DNA of 62,457 nucleotides, the filler included, from Chiloscyllium plagiosum (Eukaryota): assembly GCF_004010195.1 (NCBI RefSeq). It is 3 parts of one record of this genome, joined end to end, with 100 filler letters (N's around TTAATTAATTAA, not from the genome) between each part and the next. Parts side by side here need not be neighbours in the genome. Positions count along the whole stretch, not along the records: positions 45,536 to 62,457 come from NC_057715.1; 2 more parts are not named here. One strand, 5' to 3'. Under the pieces are notes generated by a model that saw only the letters and a program-made list of their open reading frames with translations, made no database searches and was not told the DNA's origin. The translations under genes and the position numbers were made by a program. This document shows positions 51,530-62,457 of the stretch, piece after piece (position 1 is the stretch's first letter; the number at the start of each line of letters is the position of its first letter).

Positions 51530-52695
51530 TAAAGAATACAAAGAGGGTAGAAAAACTAGGGTTATTTTCTCTGGAGCGGCAGAGGCTGAGGGGTGACTTG
51601 ATAGTAGTCTATAAAATTGTAAACTTGATAGAAGTCTATAAACTAGATGCATAGATAGGGGCGATGGTGAGAATCTTTTCCCAAAGTTAAAATGTCTAAT
51701 ATTAGGGGGCATTCATTTAAGGTGAGAGGGGGGCAAGTTCAAAGGAGATATGAGGGGCAAGTCTTTTACATAGAGTACACAGCCAGGGGTGGTGATAGAA
51801 GCAGATACAATAAGGGCGTTTAAAGCACTTTTAGATAAGCACATGAATATCCAACGGATGAAGAGATATGGACCATGGGCAGACAAAAGGGATTACAGGT
51901 AGTTAATGGATAACGCATGTTCTGGCAGAGCAATTTGCTTATGACGTCGCTGAGGAATTAAGGAACAGTATTTTCAAGATCACTTACCTCTGTTCGCAAT
52001 AGCATGATTCCAGCGGTGATCATTTTGTGTGCTTTGTCCTGTGCTTATGCCGATGTCAGCATCAGTTTTCATGCCGTTCTTAGTCTGCCAACAGAGCAGC
52101 TTTCTGTGAGAGATACATTGAGCAGTTTCTTGTGAAAGTGCACTGCTCCTAGATTTTTTGAAAAGATGGAGGGGCATAGTGACAAGAATGCTGGCAAGAA
52201 GCGTCCTGGTGATAAAATTGCAGGTGGTGAACGCAAATGAAAGGCTGTAACACTAGAAGAGAAGCTAGATATTATAAAGCATTTTGAGCATAAAGAGAGA
52301 ATATGTGATATAGCTCGCTTAACAGGAATGAGGGAGTCTACCTTACGCACCATGATGACCGTCTGTCCTGCATAACAATGTTTTTTAAATGTACGGTGTT
52401 AAGGTTACTATTGTTTGGTTGATAAATATGATGATATAACTTCATTCAGGCTGTGCTATACTTTGCGTTAGTCTTATGGGTGATTTTTAGTGATTGTGAG
52501 TGATATTTTTTGCTGGTCTGCCCCAATCCCACTTCTCCCATCGGCCCATTATTTATATGAAGCCATTTTCTATTAAGTGAGATTTTGCTGGAATGCAACT
52601 ATGACATTGTGGGAGAACGACCTGGAGTTTAACTTGGCGTCATGTTCGCAAAACTGAAGGGCCCGTTCTTGTGCTGTAATGTTCTATGTTCTAAT
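51530..52695 (+). mobile_element. CR1 3' portion interrupted by a Tigger element
   Basis: FSLERQRLRGDLI coding sequence. The 3'UTR is split at gggatta|...|gtttaa and ends in a ttctatg tail. Confidence 0.8.
51896..52624 (+). mobile_element. Internally deleted Tigger/pogo transposon retaining the N-terminal HTH coding sequence
   Basis: TA|CAGGTAGTT ... AACGACCTG ends. From ATG 52166: MEGHSDKNAGKKRPGDKIAGGERK*KAVTLEEKLDIIKHFEHKERICDIARLTGMRESTLRT, a CENP-B/psq-type HTH. Confidence 0.88.
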
Positions 52696-53180
52696 ACAAT
52701 CCACACCATTATAGTAAATGCTGAGTTACAATATTGACAAAGTTTGTTTGTGATGAATAATTATTTCCTTGAACTTTCCAAGTTCTAGCGATTAAATTTT
52801 AACCTCATCAACAGAATGAGACCAGGGTACTTCTAAATGCTCATATTATAGCCTCCTTCTAAAATTCTTTGACTCCAGAAAACTTGTAGAAATAAGGTTA
52901 ACTATGTAATATATTCCAAGCACCTTATTCAGCAATATTGTTATAGCCTTTTTATTACTTTCAAACAGTAGCTTATTCAGTTTTTTTTTGTCTAAACAGA
53001 TTAGCTTTACAATAAAACAATGCAAACATTTCTCAATGTTGTGGATAGATTATATATTAATATACAAAAATACCAGTCATCTTTATTACATCCAGTGCAA
53101 TCATTACTGCTTTCATTTTCACTACCATATTTGAATGAAATTATTTATTAAGATGATGTGCTGCCTCATGCAATCTTCAG

Positions 53181-53317
53181 GTTACTGATGTTAAGGAGAA
53201 ACTGAAGTTGGCTAAGAAGTTCTGGTCCACATTACCTTACAACATCTGTAATGATGATAAAGTGACTGCTGGTGTGCCGGATGAAGAGGATTGCTGGAAT
53301 GGACATGCCAAGGGCAG
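53181..53317 (+). CDS. gpc6: Glypican-6 internal coding exon (equivalent to mammalian exon 7)
   Basis: Acceptor ...caatcttcag| and donor AG|gtgagg. The 137 nt open frame reads [45 protein letters not shown](R), with the glypican FW.LP..IC and CWNG motifs. It ends in phase 2, matching the next exon. Absent from the ORF track. Confidence 0.93.
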
Positions 53318-54694
53318 GTGAGGTATACTACAGAGGAGACATTCCCATTACATTCACATCAGGAACCTGCAACTGACACACAATTACTATGCATTCACAA
53401 GGCAGCTGGTCAGACTGGGTGGTGGCAGCTGTTGCTTGTGTAAGGATAGTGTTGGGAGTTGTCATTACAATAAATCTTCAACAAACCAATTAGTTACAGT
53501 TGAAATATTCTTGGTTAGGATGATGATGTTCTTTCAGAAAGAAGAAAAACAATATAGCAGTAAGTAAGACTTTGCAATTAATTGTTGTATTTAGTAAAGC
53601 AAGGGTTTTAACATTGCTTGACCAACCTTACACTGGGTGACAAAGATGAGTTTTGCTACAAAATCAAGCGCTATTTGAGCTCCTTTATTATAAACTTTAA
53701 TTTGTGGTTAGCTTTGTCTAAACCTTAGCCTCTAATATACATGATGTGTTATGAGGGTTTCCATGAAAGATTTCATTAATATTAGCCCATTCCAATCAAT
53801 AGAACCATCAATGTCCCATCAACACAACACAACCTTGAAATCAATAATGCGTGTTACCACTGTTCACCTTCTAAGAGTTATGAATCCTTCCTACCTAACC
53901 TTCACTTTCACTTTTTAGGTAGAATCAACTATTACACAATGGGTGTGCAAAATATTGGGCTCTCAGTTTACAGCTTTAGAAGTACCTGTTGAACCAAAAT
54001 TTAAAATAGAATTGTTCTATAACTTAAATAAATATGTAATTTCTAAGGATGAAAGACTGAAACAAAAGCTTCCATATTGACTCATTAAATAAGATGTGCT
54101 TCAGAGTGATACTGGTTTTGATTTCAGGTCTGTGTTAATTTGACTGACACGGCCATGTTAGTGCCACGCTTGATACCAACATTTTTGGGAAGGGTTACAT
54201 TAGTCAAGGACCCGGCTTGGTATCTGAGAAGTGATTATTATATCCAAACCAGTGGAGGCAGAGTTGGGGTTTAGACTATAAACCCTGAGTCAAAAAGCCA
54301 ACCGACTGACCAGAGTTTGAATTAAAATATGATCACATGCTTTTTGATGGTTTGTAACAAACTGCCCTATTTCCCACATCCCAAACATAAAACCAATCCC
54401 AATTTATACAATACCTCCAGGATAGCAGGAAGGCAAGAAGACAGCATTAGAGGAAAAAGAATAGTTGACTTCCATGGTCATCAATATCTAAATCCCTCTC
54501 ATTTGGAATGAGATGAGATAGCAAAAGAATTGTCACTCACTGAATCCTACTGCTTGATTATATATTTTCAATTTGAAATTTTAGAAGCTAGAAGTTCTGA
54601 TTTCCAAACATTTCTAATGTGAGAAGGGCGATTTTGAGATCAAACAAGGGAGTTTCAGGCTACAGTTTCCATTTTCTTGGGCTTAATGGCTACA

Positions 54695-57465
54695 TAGAAC
54701 ATTGAACATTACATAGCAGTACAGGCCCTTCAGCCCTCGACGTTGCACCGACCTGTGGAACCAATCTGAAGCCCACCTAACCTATACTATTCTATTCCCA
54801 TTCATTTGCCTATCCAATGACCATTTAAATGCCCTAAAAGGTGGTGAGTCTACTATTGTTGCAGGCAGTACATTCCATGCCCCTACTACTCTCTGAGTAA
54901 AGAAACTACCTCTGATATTTGTCGTATATCTATCACCCCTCAATTTAAAGCTATGTTCCCTCATGCTAGCCATTGCCATCCAAGGAGAAAGGCTCTCACT
55001 GTCCAACATATCTAACTCTCTGAATATATTATATGTCTCAATTAAGTCACCTCTCAACTTTCTTCTCTCTAATAAAAACAGCCTCAAGTCCATCAGCCTT
55101 TCCTCATAAAATCTTCCCTCCATACCAGGCAAGATCCTAATAAATCTCTTCTGAACCCTTTCCAAAGCTTCCACATCCTTCCGATAATGCGGTGACCAGA
55201 ACTGCATGCAATGCTCCAAATGTGGCCGCACCAGAGTTTTGTACAGCTGCATCATGGTTCCAAAACTCAATCCCTTGACCAATAAAAGTGAACATACCAT
55301 ATGTCTTCTTAACAACCCTATCAACCTGGGTGGCAACTTTCAAGGATCCATGTATCTGGACATCGAGATCTCTCTGCTCATCCACACTACCAAGAATCTT
55401 ACCATTAGCCCAGTACTCTGCATTCCTGTTACTCCTTCCAAAATGAATCACCTCACACATTTCCACATTAAACTCCATTTGCCTCCTCTCAGCCCAGCTC
55501 TGCTGCTTATCTATGTCTCTCTGTAACCTATAATATCCTTCATCACTATCTGCAAGTCTACCGACCTTAGTGTCATCCGCAAATTTACTAACCCATCCTT
55601 CTATGCCTTCATCCAGGACATTTATAAAAATATGAATTAGCAGAGGACCCAAAACAGATCCTTACGGTACCCCACTAGTAACTGAACTCCAGGATGAATA
55701 TTTCCCATCAATCACCATGCTTTGTCTTCTTTCAGCTAGCCAATTTCTGATCCCAACTGCTAAATCACCCTTAATCCCATGCCTCCATATCTTGTGCAAT
55801 AGCCTACCATGTGGAACCTTACCAAATGCCTTCCTGAAATCCATACACATGACATCAACTGCTTTACCCTCATACACCTGTTTGGTCACCTTCTCAAAGA
55901 ACTCAATAAGGTTTGTGAGGCACAACCCACCCTTCACAAAACCACGTTGACTATCCCTAATCAACTTATTCCTTTCTAGATGCTTATAAATCCTATCTCT
56001 TGAAAACTTTTTCAACACTTTGCCTACAGCCAAAGTAAGGCTCACTGGTCTTTAATTACCAGGGTTGTCTCCACTCCCCTTCTTGAACAAATGATCAACG
56101 TTTGTTATCCTCCAGTCTTTTGGTACTATTCCTGTAGACAATGACAACATAAAGATCAAAGTCAAAGGCTCAACAATCTCCTCCCTGACTTTCCAGGGTA
56201 TCCTATGATAAATTCCATCCAGCCCAAGAGACTTATCCATTTTTACACTTTCCAGAACTGCTAACACTTCCTCCTTATGCACCTCAATCCCACCTAGTCT
56301 AGTAGCCTGTATCTCAGTATTCTCCCCGAATACATTGTCTTTTCCTGATGTGACAACTGATGAAAAGTATTCACTTAGCACTTCCCTAGCTCCTCTGACT
56401 CCACGCACAACTTCCCACAAACGATGTTTGATTGGCCCTAATCTTACTGTAGTCATTCTTTTATTCCTGATATATCTATAGAAAGATTTAGGGTTTTCCT
56501 TGATTCTATCTGCCAACAACTTCTCATGTCCCCTCCTGGCTCTTCTTAGCTCTCTCTTTAGGTCTTTCCTGGCTAACATGTAACTCTCAAGCACCCTAAC
56601 TGAGCTATCAGATTTTTTTTTAACAAAACCTCTTCCTCTTGACAAGAGATTCAACTTCCTTAACAAACCACAGCTCCCACGCTTGACAACTTCGTCCCTG
56701 CCTGACTGGTACATAATTATCAAGAACCTGGTCCTTGAATAAGCTCCACATTTTAATTGCGCCCATCCCCTCAGTTTCCTTCCCCATCCTATGTATTCTA
56801 AATCTTGCGTAATTACATCGTAATTGCCTTCCCCCCCAGCTATAAGCTTTGCCCTGCAGTGTATACCTATCCCTATCCATCATTGAAGTAGAGATAACTG
56901 AACTGTGGTCACTATCACCAATTGCTCATCTACCTCCAAATCCAACACCTGGCTAGGTACATTACCCAGTACCAAATCTAATATGGCCTCTCCCCTTGTT
57001 GGCCTGTTTACACACTGTGTCAGGAAACCCTTCTGTACACATTGGGCAAAAACTGACCGATCTAAAGTACTTGAACTATAGTATTCCCAGTCTATATTTG
57101 GAAAATTAAAGACTCCATAACAACAACCTTGTCATTCTTACTCCTGTCGAGGATTATCTTTGCTATCCTATCCTCTACATATCTTCTACTATTTAGAGGC
57201 CTATAGAAAACTCCCAACAGGGTAACCTCTCCTTCCCTGTTTCTAATCTGAGCCCATACTATCTCAGTAGGCAAGTCCTCAAACATCCTTTCTGCAACTG
57301 TAATACTGTCCTTGACTAACAGTGCCACACCACCCCCTCTTTTACCATTTTCTCTGTTCTTACTGAAACAGCTTAATCCAGGAACCTGCAATAACCATGT
57401 CTCTGAATTGGCCACAACATTGAAATCCCAGGTACCAATCCATGCTGCAAGTCACCCACCTTATG
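54695..57465 (-). mobile_element. Long CR1-type LINE (endonuclease plus RT), frameshifted, in the intron between the gpc6 exons
   Basis: GGGVALLVK, GVFYRP, IKENPKSFYRY, DFRKAF, SKFADD and QRVVGAWN in consecutive minus-strand ORFs. Confidence 0.95.
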
Positions 57466-57959
57466 CTGTTCAACAATCCCAGGCTATGTGCTGGTATTGG
57501 TTGGAATCTTAATTTTATCTTCCTTTCTGTTCCTTTATGCGGATCATTTCTTTACTTCACAATCACAGGCTTTGTTAAAAAATAAAAGATCAATAAAATT
57601 TCTGCCCACTTTCTACAGATGCGAATTTGTTTCCAAGATACCATCCAAATATTGCTCCAATTTTGGGTGCTAGCTGCCTCAATGCCATTTGCGAAAGTCT
57701 AAGGACTCAGAATTTTTCTATAAGGCAACTGGCCTGAAAGGGTTCACTAATATGTTTTGGAATAGCTCTCTCCACTGATATATTAATGACTGTCTCTGAC
57801 ATGAATTATTTTATTCTATGTTCGTCAGTTCTACTAGCATAGACCTGGTTGCTATTTCTTAGAAGTTAACGATGTCTCTTACATTTTATTACAGTTAACC
57901 AATCTTAAGCCAATATAACCTGCTGTCCTATTAGTATGTAATAAACTACTATTTTGTTT

Positions 57960-58290
57960 TATTCACTCATGGGACTTGAACATCTTGGCTGGCTAATTTA
58001 ATTTCTGGTCAATGGAATCCCCAGGATAATGATAGTGGGTGACACAAGTGGTAGTAGTACCATTGAATGTCATGTAATGCTGGTTAGATTGTTGCTAAAA
58101 TTAGGTAGCATTGTGTGATGCAAATGTTATTTGCAACCTTTCAGTACAAGCTTGTATATTGTCCAGGTTTTGCTGCATTTGGACAGAGACTGCTTCAATA
58201 AATGAGGAGTCATGAATGGTGCAGAATATTGTGCAATAATTGGTTATCATTCCCACTGCTGATGTTATAATGAAAGATGAATCCTTCACC
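57960..58290 (-). mobile_element. Decayed non-LTR RT fragment
   Basis: MQQNLDNIQA...QITFASH. Probably the same family as 29040-29615. Confidence 0.55.
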
Positions 58291-58704
58291 ATTTACTATT
58301 AGTAAGCCCCTCAAATAATATAAGGAGGATTATTGGCAGCAAATTCATACAGAACTGAGGTGGACATTTTTTGTGACAAAAGTGCATATCAGAATTTTGC
58401 AGAAAGGCAGCCCTTTGTATCAGTCATTTAGTGACTGGCTACACTAGCAGTTTGAAACTGAGTACTCCAGCTAAATATCTTGCAGCCCAAAGGAACCATC
58501 CTGGAGATATTTAAAGGAATGATCAGTTTCATTGAAGTTAGTTGCTGATTGATTTCTTTCAGAATGTTATTTTCAGCAATGACTCAAAAATAAAAACCTC
58601 ATTACACCATTTGTTTGATATAAGGTAACAATCTCGGCATGTGCATTGGCTGTCCTCATTGCTGTGTGGCTCTTTGTTTGATGTTATCATCATTTGACCT
58701 GCAG

Positions 58705-58880
58705 GTACCTGCCTGAAATTATGAATGATGGTCTGACCAATCAGAACAACAACCCAGAAGTAGATGTAGACATCACTAGACCAGATACAATGATACGTCA
58801 GCAGATCATGGCACTCAGAGTGATGACCAACAAACTGAAGAATGCTTATAATGGAAATGATGTCAACTTCCAAGATTCAA
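58705..58880 (+). CDS. gpc6: Glypican-6 internal coding exon (equivalent to mammalian exon 8)
   Basis: Acceptor ...gacctgcag| and donor |gtaagc. The 176 nt exon reads (R)[58 protein letters not shown]. As recalled, this is nearly identical to GPC6 ([25 protein letters not shown]) and unlike GPC4 (YLFAVTGNGLANQ). It joins the previous exon in frame (AG+G=Arg). Confidence 0.96.
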
Positions 58881-59369
58881 GTAAGCAACTGGTTCTCATA
58901 ATTTTCAATCACAGACAGCTATAGGGGATAAATTCAATTTCTACTGGCAATTGTGTGTTCACTCATTTAGACCTAAGAAATAAACCATTACACTTGAGGC
59001 ATGAGTACAGCTGAAGTCCATTCTGCTCAATTTTATCCAGATCCTATAGTCCGGTACAGCTCTGTAGACAATGACGAGTAAATCTAGTGTGATCCATTTA
59101 GTTACCAGTTTTAAAGTAATCACAGCTTCGGTCAACAAGGAACTGCATCAATTTAGGAGGGACTGAAAGAGGAAAAGGAAAGTATAGAAAATCTAAACCA
59201 CACTGGGGAAGGTGAAAGAGTGAGATGATAGAATACGAGAAATGATGAAACAAGTTACTGGATGGATGGGAGAGCAAGGTGCCATGACAGACAAGGGACT
59301 AGTGGAGAAGAACAGAGAAACAGAAGGGAGTAAATGAGTGCTTGCTTGTTCCCTCCTGACTCTTGTAAC

Positions 59370-59700
59370 CCAACTTTTAAAGTATCTCTTTCCAGCAGTT
59401 TGAGATAACTGAGTGGCTTGCTAGGCCAATTCAGAGGGTAACAAAGAGTCATGCAGATTGCTGTGAGGTTGGGGTCATATATAGGCCAGACCAAATAAGG
59501 ATAGTAGGTCTTCCTTAGTGAACCACAAGTTTCATTTTATGACAATCAACAATGGTTATATCAGGTGAAATATTTAATTCCAGATTTTCATTGAATTCAA
59601 ATTTCACCCCTCAGCCATGGTGGGATTCAAATGCATGTCCCCAGAAATTAGTTTGGGATCTGGACTTCTAGTCCAGTGATATTGACACTTTGCTATCACA
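59370..59700 (-). mobile_element. SINE of the 301-600 family
   Basis: Reverse complement of the ...atttgaatcccaccatggc...ggtgaaatttgaattcaat...aatctggaatt core. Confidence 0.65.
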
Positions 59701-59806
59701 TCGAATATAGTTGACAGGTTGCTCTACTGTACCTATCTGTCTCACACATTCACTGTTTTTATCATGGGAGCTTATTTCTGTGCTTCACTGTCGGTTGTAT
59801 TGTCTC

Positions 59807-60483
59807 TGTTACAAAACGGGGCAAACCCTCCTGCTTAATTTAAATCAACAACACAAAATAGTTGTATCCCAGGCAGTGAAAATTTGAGAGGCTAAGAACT
59901 ATTTAAAGTAAAAATTAACAACCTTATTTAACAATTATTTACAACTCCTTCCTCGAACCTATCTTTTACTTTCCCCTTCTATAATGCTCGTCCGATTAAA
60001 CGCCCAAGTAAGATTTACCAAAAACTTCAAATTTCAAAACCAGTCAGTTGTCGTACCTTCCTCTTATATTTGCTCTCCTGGTCGGTGTCAACCTTTTTTG
60101 CTCTGTGCAAACTCCTTCTCTGGACAGCTACCTCTCACAGAGTTCTTACCAGCAGCCAACATCTGTTGGTCTTTTGACAGCTCTTCCCCAACTGTTCAAT
60201 TTTCCCCGGTCTTATACCACCAAAGCATTGGATTGTGTCATTGGCTTTTAATATTGTCAATGTACTAAATTCAAACTTGATTGGACTTTGGTATGTTTTT
60301 TCGGGGTATACTTTAAACTGATTGCCCTAATTCAATTTTGTTTTGTTGTCTCCAGGCAACCAACTACCCCAGCTACTGAACTACATATTACATTATGTCT
60401 TATTCAGAACACTTGGTGCTGTCAGGTAGTTCTGCTACCTTTTAGCTCTCTTAAAGGTACAGTACACCCCCATCTTCATAACA
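59807..60483 (-). mobile_element. 3' LTR of a Gypsy element
   Basis: Bounded by TGTTA...TAACA. The polypurine tract (minus strand gaggggaag) abuts position 60484. Confidence 0.8.
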
Positions 60484-62100
60484 CTTCCCCTCTTAAGAAA
60501 AATAAACCATCATAATGAAAAGGTGGCTTCATTTTTTTTCTATTCTTTAAACACATTACCTAACATACAGATAACTTTATACCTGTGTGTATAAAACATT
60601 AAATAGATACAAACCTCATCTAAACTTTATCAGTTAAATCCACAAAAACACATCTGCGATGACATTCTTATGAAAAATCTGTACGATTTTTAAATTAAAA
60701 GTCTCTAACATAAGACCCCAACGAAAGTCTCATATCTTTAAAGCATTCTAAGAATGTAAGCGGATAGTGATCATGTACACCACATCTCTGACACATTGTT
60801 TGTGACATACACATTAAAATGTTGTAAGGCCAGTACCAAACTCAACAGTTCTTTTTTAAGCGTGAAGTATTTCCTCTGGCAGATGTTGATCTTCTTTCAA
60901 AAAGTAACCTACTGGCAGATTAATCCCATCCTCATCTTCTTGCCAGAGTACAGCTCCAACTCCTATGTCACTAGCATCGATGGCGACTTTAAAAGGTTTT
61001 GAAAAGTTTGGGGTAGCTAAAACTGGTTTGGTGGTTAATATCGACTTCAAATGGTCAAATGCCTCCTGGCATGGTTCTGTCTACCGAAGCTTTGTGTTCT
61101 TCTTCAGCAAATCGGTTAATGGTGCCACTACACTACTGAATTTTGGAACAAACTTCTGATAGAATCCGCTGAGTCCCAAGAATCGAAACACCCCTTTCTT
61201 TGAGGTTGGTCGTGGAAATTCCTTGATGGCCTTCATCTTTGCGTTCCATGGGGTCAACCTTCCATGACCAATGTAATGTCCCGAGAACGTCACCTCTGCT
61301 TTCGCAAATTCCATTTTATTAAGTTTATCACCAGTTTTGCTTCTTTCAAAGAGCTCTGCCAACTGTACCATGAGATCTGTCCAGGACTTACTAAACATCA
61401 CTACATTGTCCAAATAGATTACAAAGTTTGTTAATCCAGCCACAACTCTGTTCATGAGTCTTTGGAATGTGGCAGGTGCGTTCTTCATTCCAAAGGGCAT
61501 CACTTTAAACAGATATAGTCGATTTGGTGTTACAAATGCAGAAATTACTTTCACCATTTCTGATAAAGGTACCTGCCAGTAACTACGCATTAAGACCAAC
61601 TAGGTGATGTAACTGGCTTGGCCAACTTTCTCGATACACTCCTCCAATCTAGAAATTGGATATGAGTCCGATTTTGTAACGGCGTTCACCTTCCAATAAT
61701 CCACGCAGAATCATTGAGTTCCATCCGGTTTGGGAACTAAGACAATCGGTGAACTCCACTCGCTCTAGCTTGGTTCGATGATGTCCTCGTCAAGAATGGT
61801 CTCCACCTACATTTCGAGCTGTTTGTGTTTTGAAAGGCAGATAGGGATGTTGTTTTATCGGAGCAGTATTCCCTATGCCTACTTCATGTACAATAGCTTT
61901 AGTCCTCCCATCTGATTCTTACATTTGTCCTTATACTGCAGTGACAAACCTTTTAACTGCATTTTATATGCTTCTGAGACAGCTAGTTTACTAACTTATC
62001 CCCCTCCTCAAGGACTTCTTCATTTTTTAATCTATTTTGAGGCACATAACAATCCACATAATCTGGATTTGATTCCTCACTCTGCAGGGCAGTAACTAAC
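60484..62100 (-). mobile_element. Gypsy pol remnant, RT plus RNase H (probable Gmr1-type order)
   Basis: PIKQHPY, DSYPI, YWQVPL, MPFGMKNAPATFQRLM, YLD, FLGLSGFY, DASDIGVGAVL and RWGLML, with stops and frameshifts. Confidence 0.92.
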
Positions 62101-62457
62101 TTTCTGGATTAGTGGTGCTGGAAGAGCACGGCAGTTCAGGCAGCATCCAAGGAGCAGTAAAATCGATGTTTCGGGCAAAAGCCCTTCATCAGGAATAAAG
62201 GCCGAGAGCCTGAAGCGTGGAGAGATAAGCTAGGGGAAGGTGGGGGTGGGGAGAGAGTAGCATAGAGTACAGTGAGTGAGTGGGGGAGGAGATGAAGGTG
62301 ATAGGTCAGGGAGGAGAGGGTGGAAAGGAGCTAGGCAGGTCGGACAAGTCCGGACAAGTCATGGGGACAGTGCTGAGCTGGAAGTTTTAAACTAGGATGA
62401 GGTGGGGGAAGGGGAAATGAGGAAGCTGTTGAAGTCCACATTGATGCCCTGGGGTTG
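62101..62457 (-). mobile_element. Penelope-like element 3' end inserted in the Gypsy remnant; runs off the window
   Basis: Same terminus family as 15730-15855. Minus strand CTGATGAAGGGCTTTTGCCCGAAACATC, then a purine-rich tract on the + strand. Confidence 0.85.

Noticed and set aside
1..62457. CRISPR array, rRNA or prokaryotic-type system
   Set aside because: No regularly spaced repeat-spacer array or operon-like gene density; the content is vertebrate intron plus TEs.

Overview
Cartilaginous-fish (shark-like) genomic DNA, inferred from HE1/V-type SINEs and abundant CR1 LINEs. The only host coding sequence I can support is two + strand exons of a glypican, most likely gpc6: 53181-53317 (137 nt) and 58705-58880 (176 nt), with canonical splice sites and compatible phases. 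Almost the whole window is therefore intronic (over 53 kb upstream of the first exon, 5.4 kb between the exons). It is filled with decayed transposable elements: many CR1 LINEs, SINEs, Penelope-like elements (PLEs), Tigger/pogo derivatives, Harbinger remnants, a Rex1-like LINE and two Gypsy LTR remnants. Nearly all ORFs in the track are TE fragments or spurious. The most notable observations are about a dozen minimal hammerhead-ribozyme motifs in PLE termini, fold-back PLE insertions up to 3.7 kb (two with clear flanking duplications), a Gypsy element with probable Gmr1-type domain order, a templated ~238 bp inverted insertion, and three local 170-290 bp direct duplications. I see no evidence of a wholly new gene system. 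TE family calls and protein comparisons come from recalled motifs, not database searches, and most TE boundaries are approximate.
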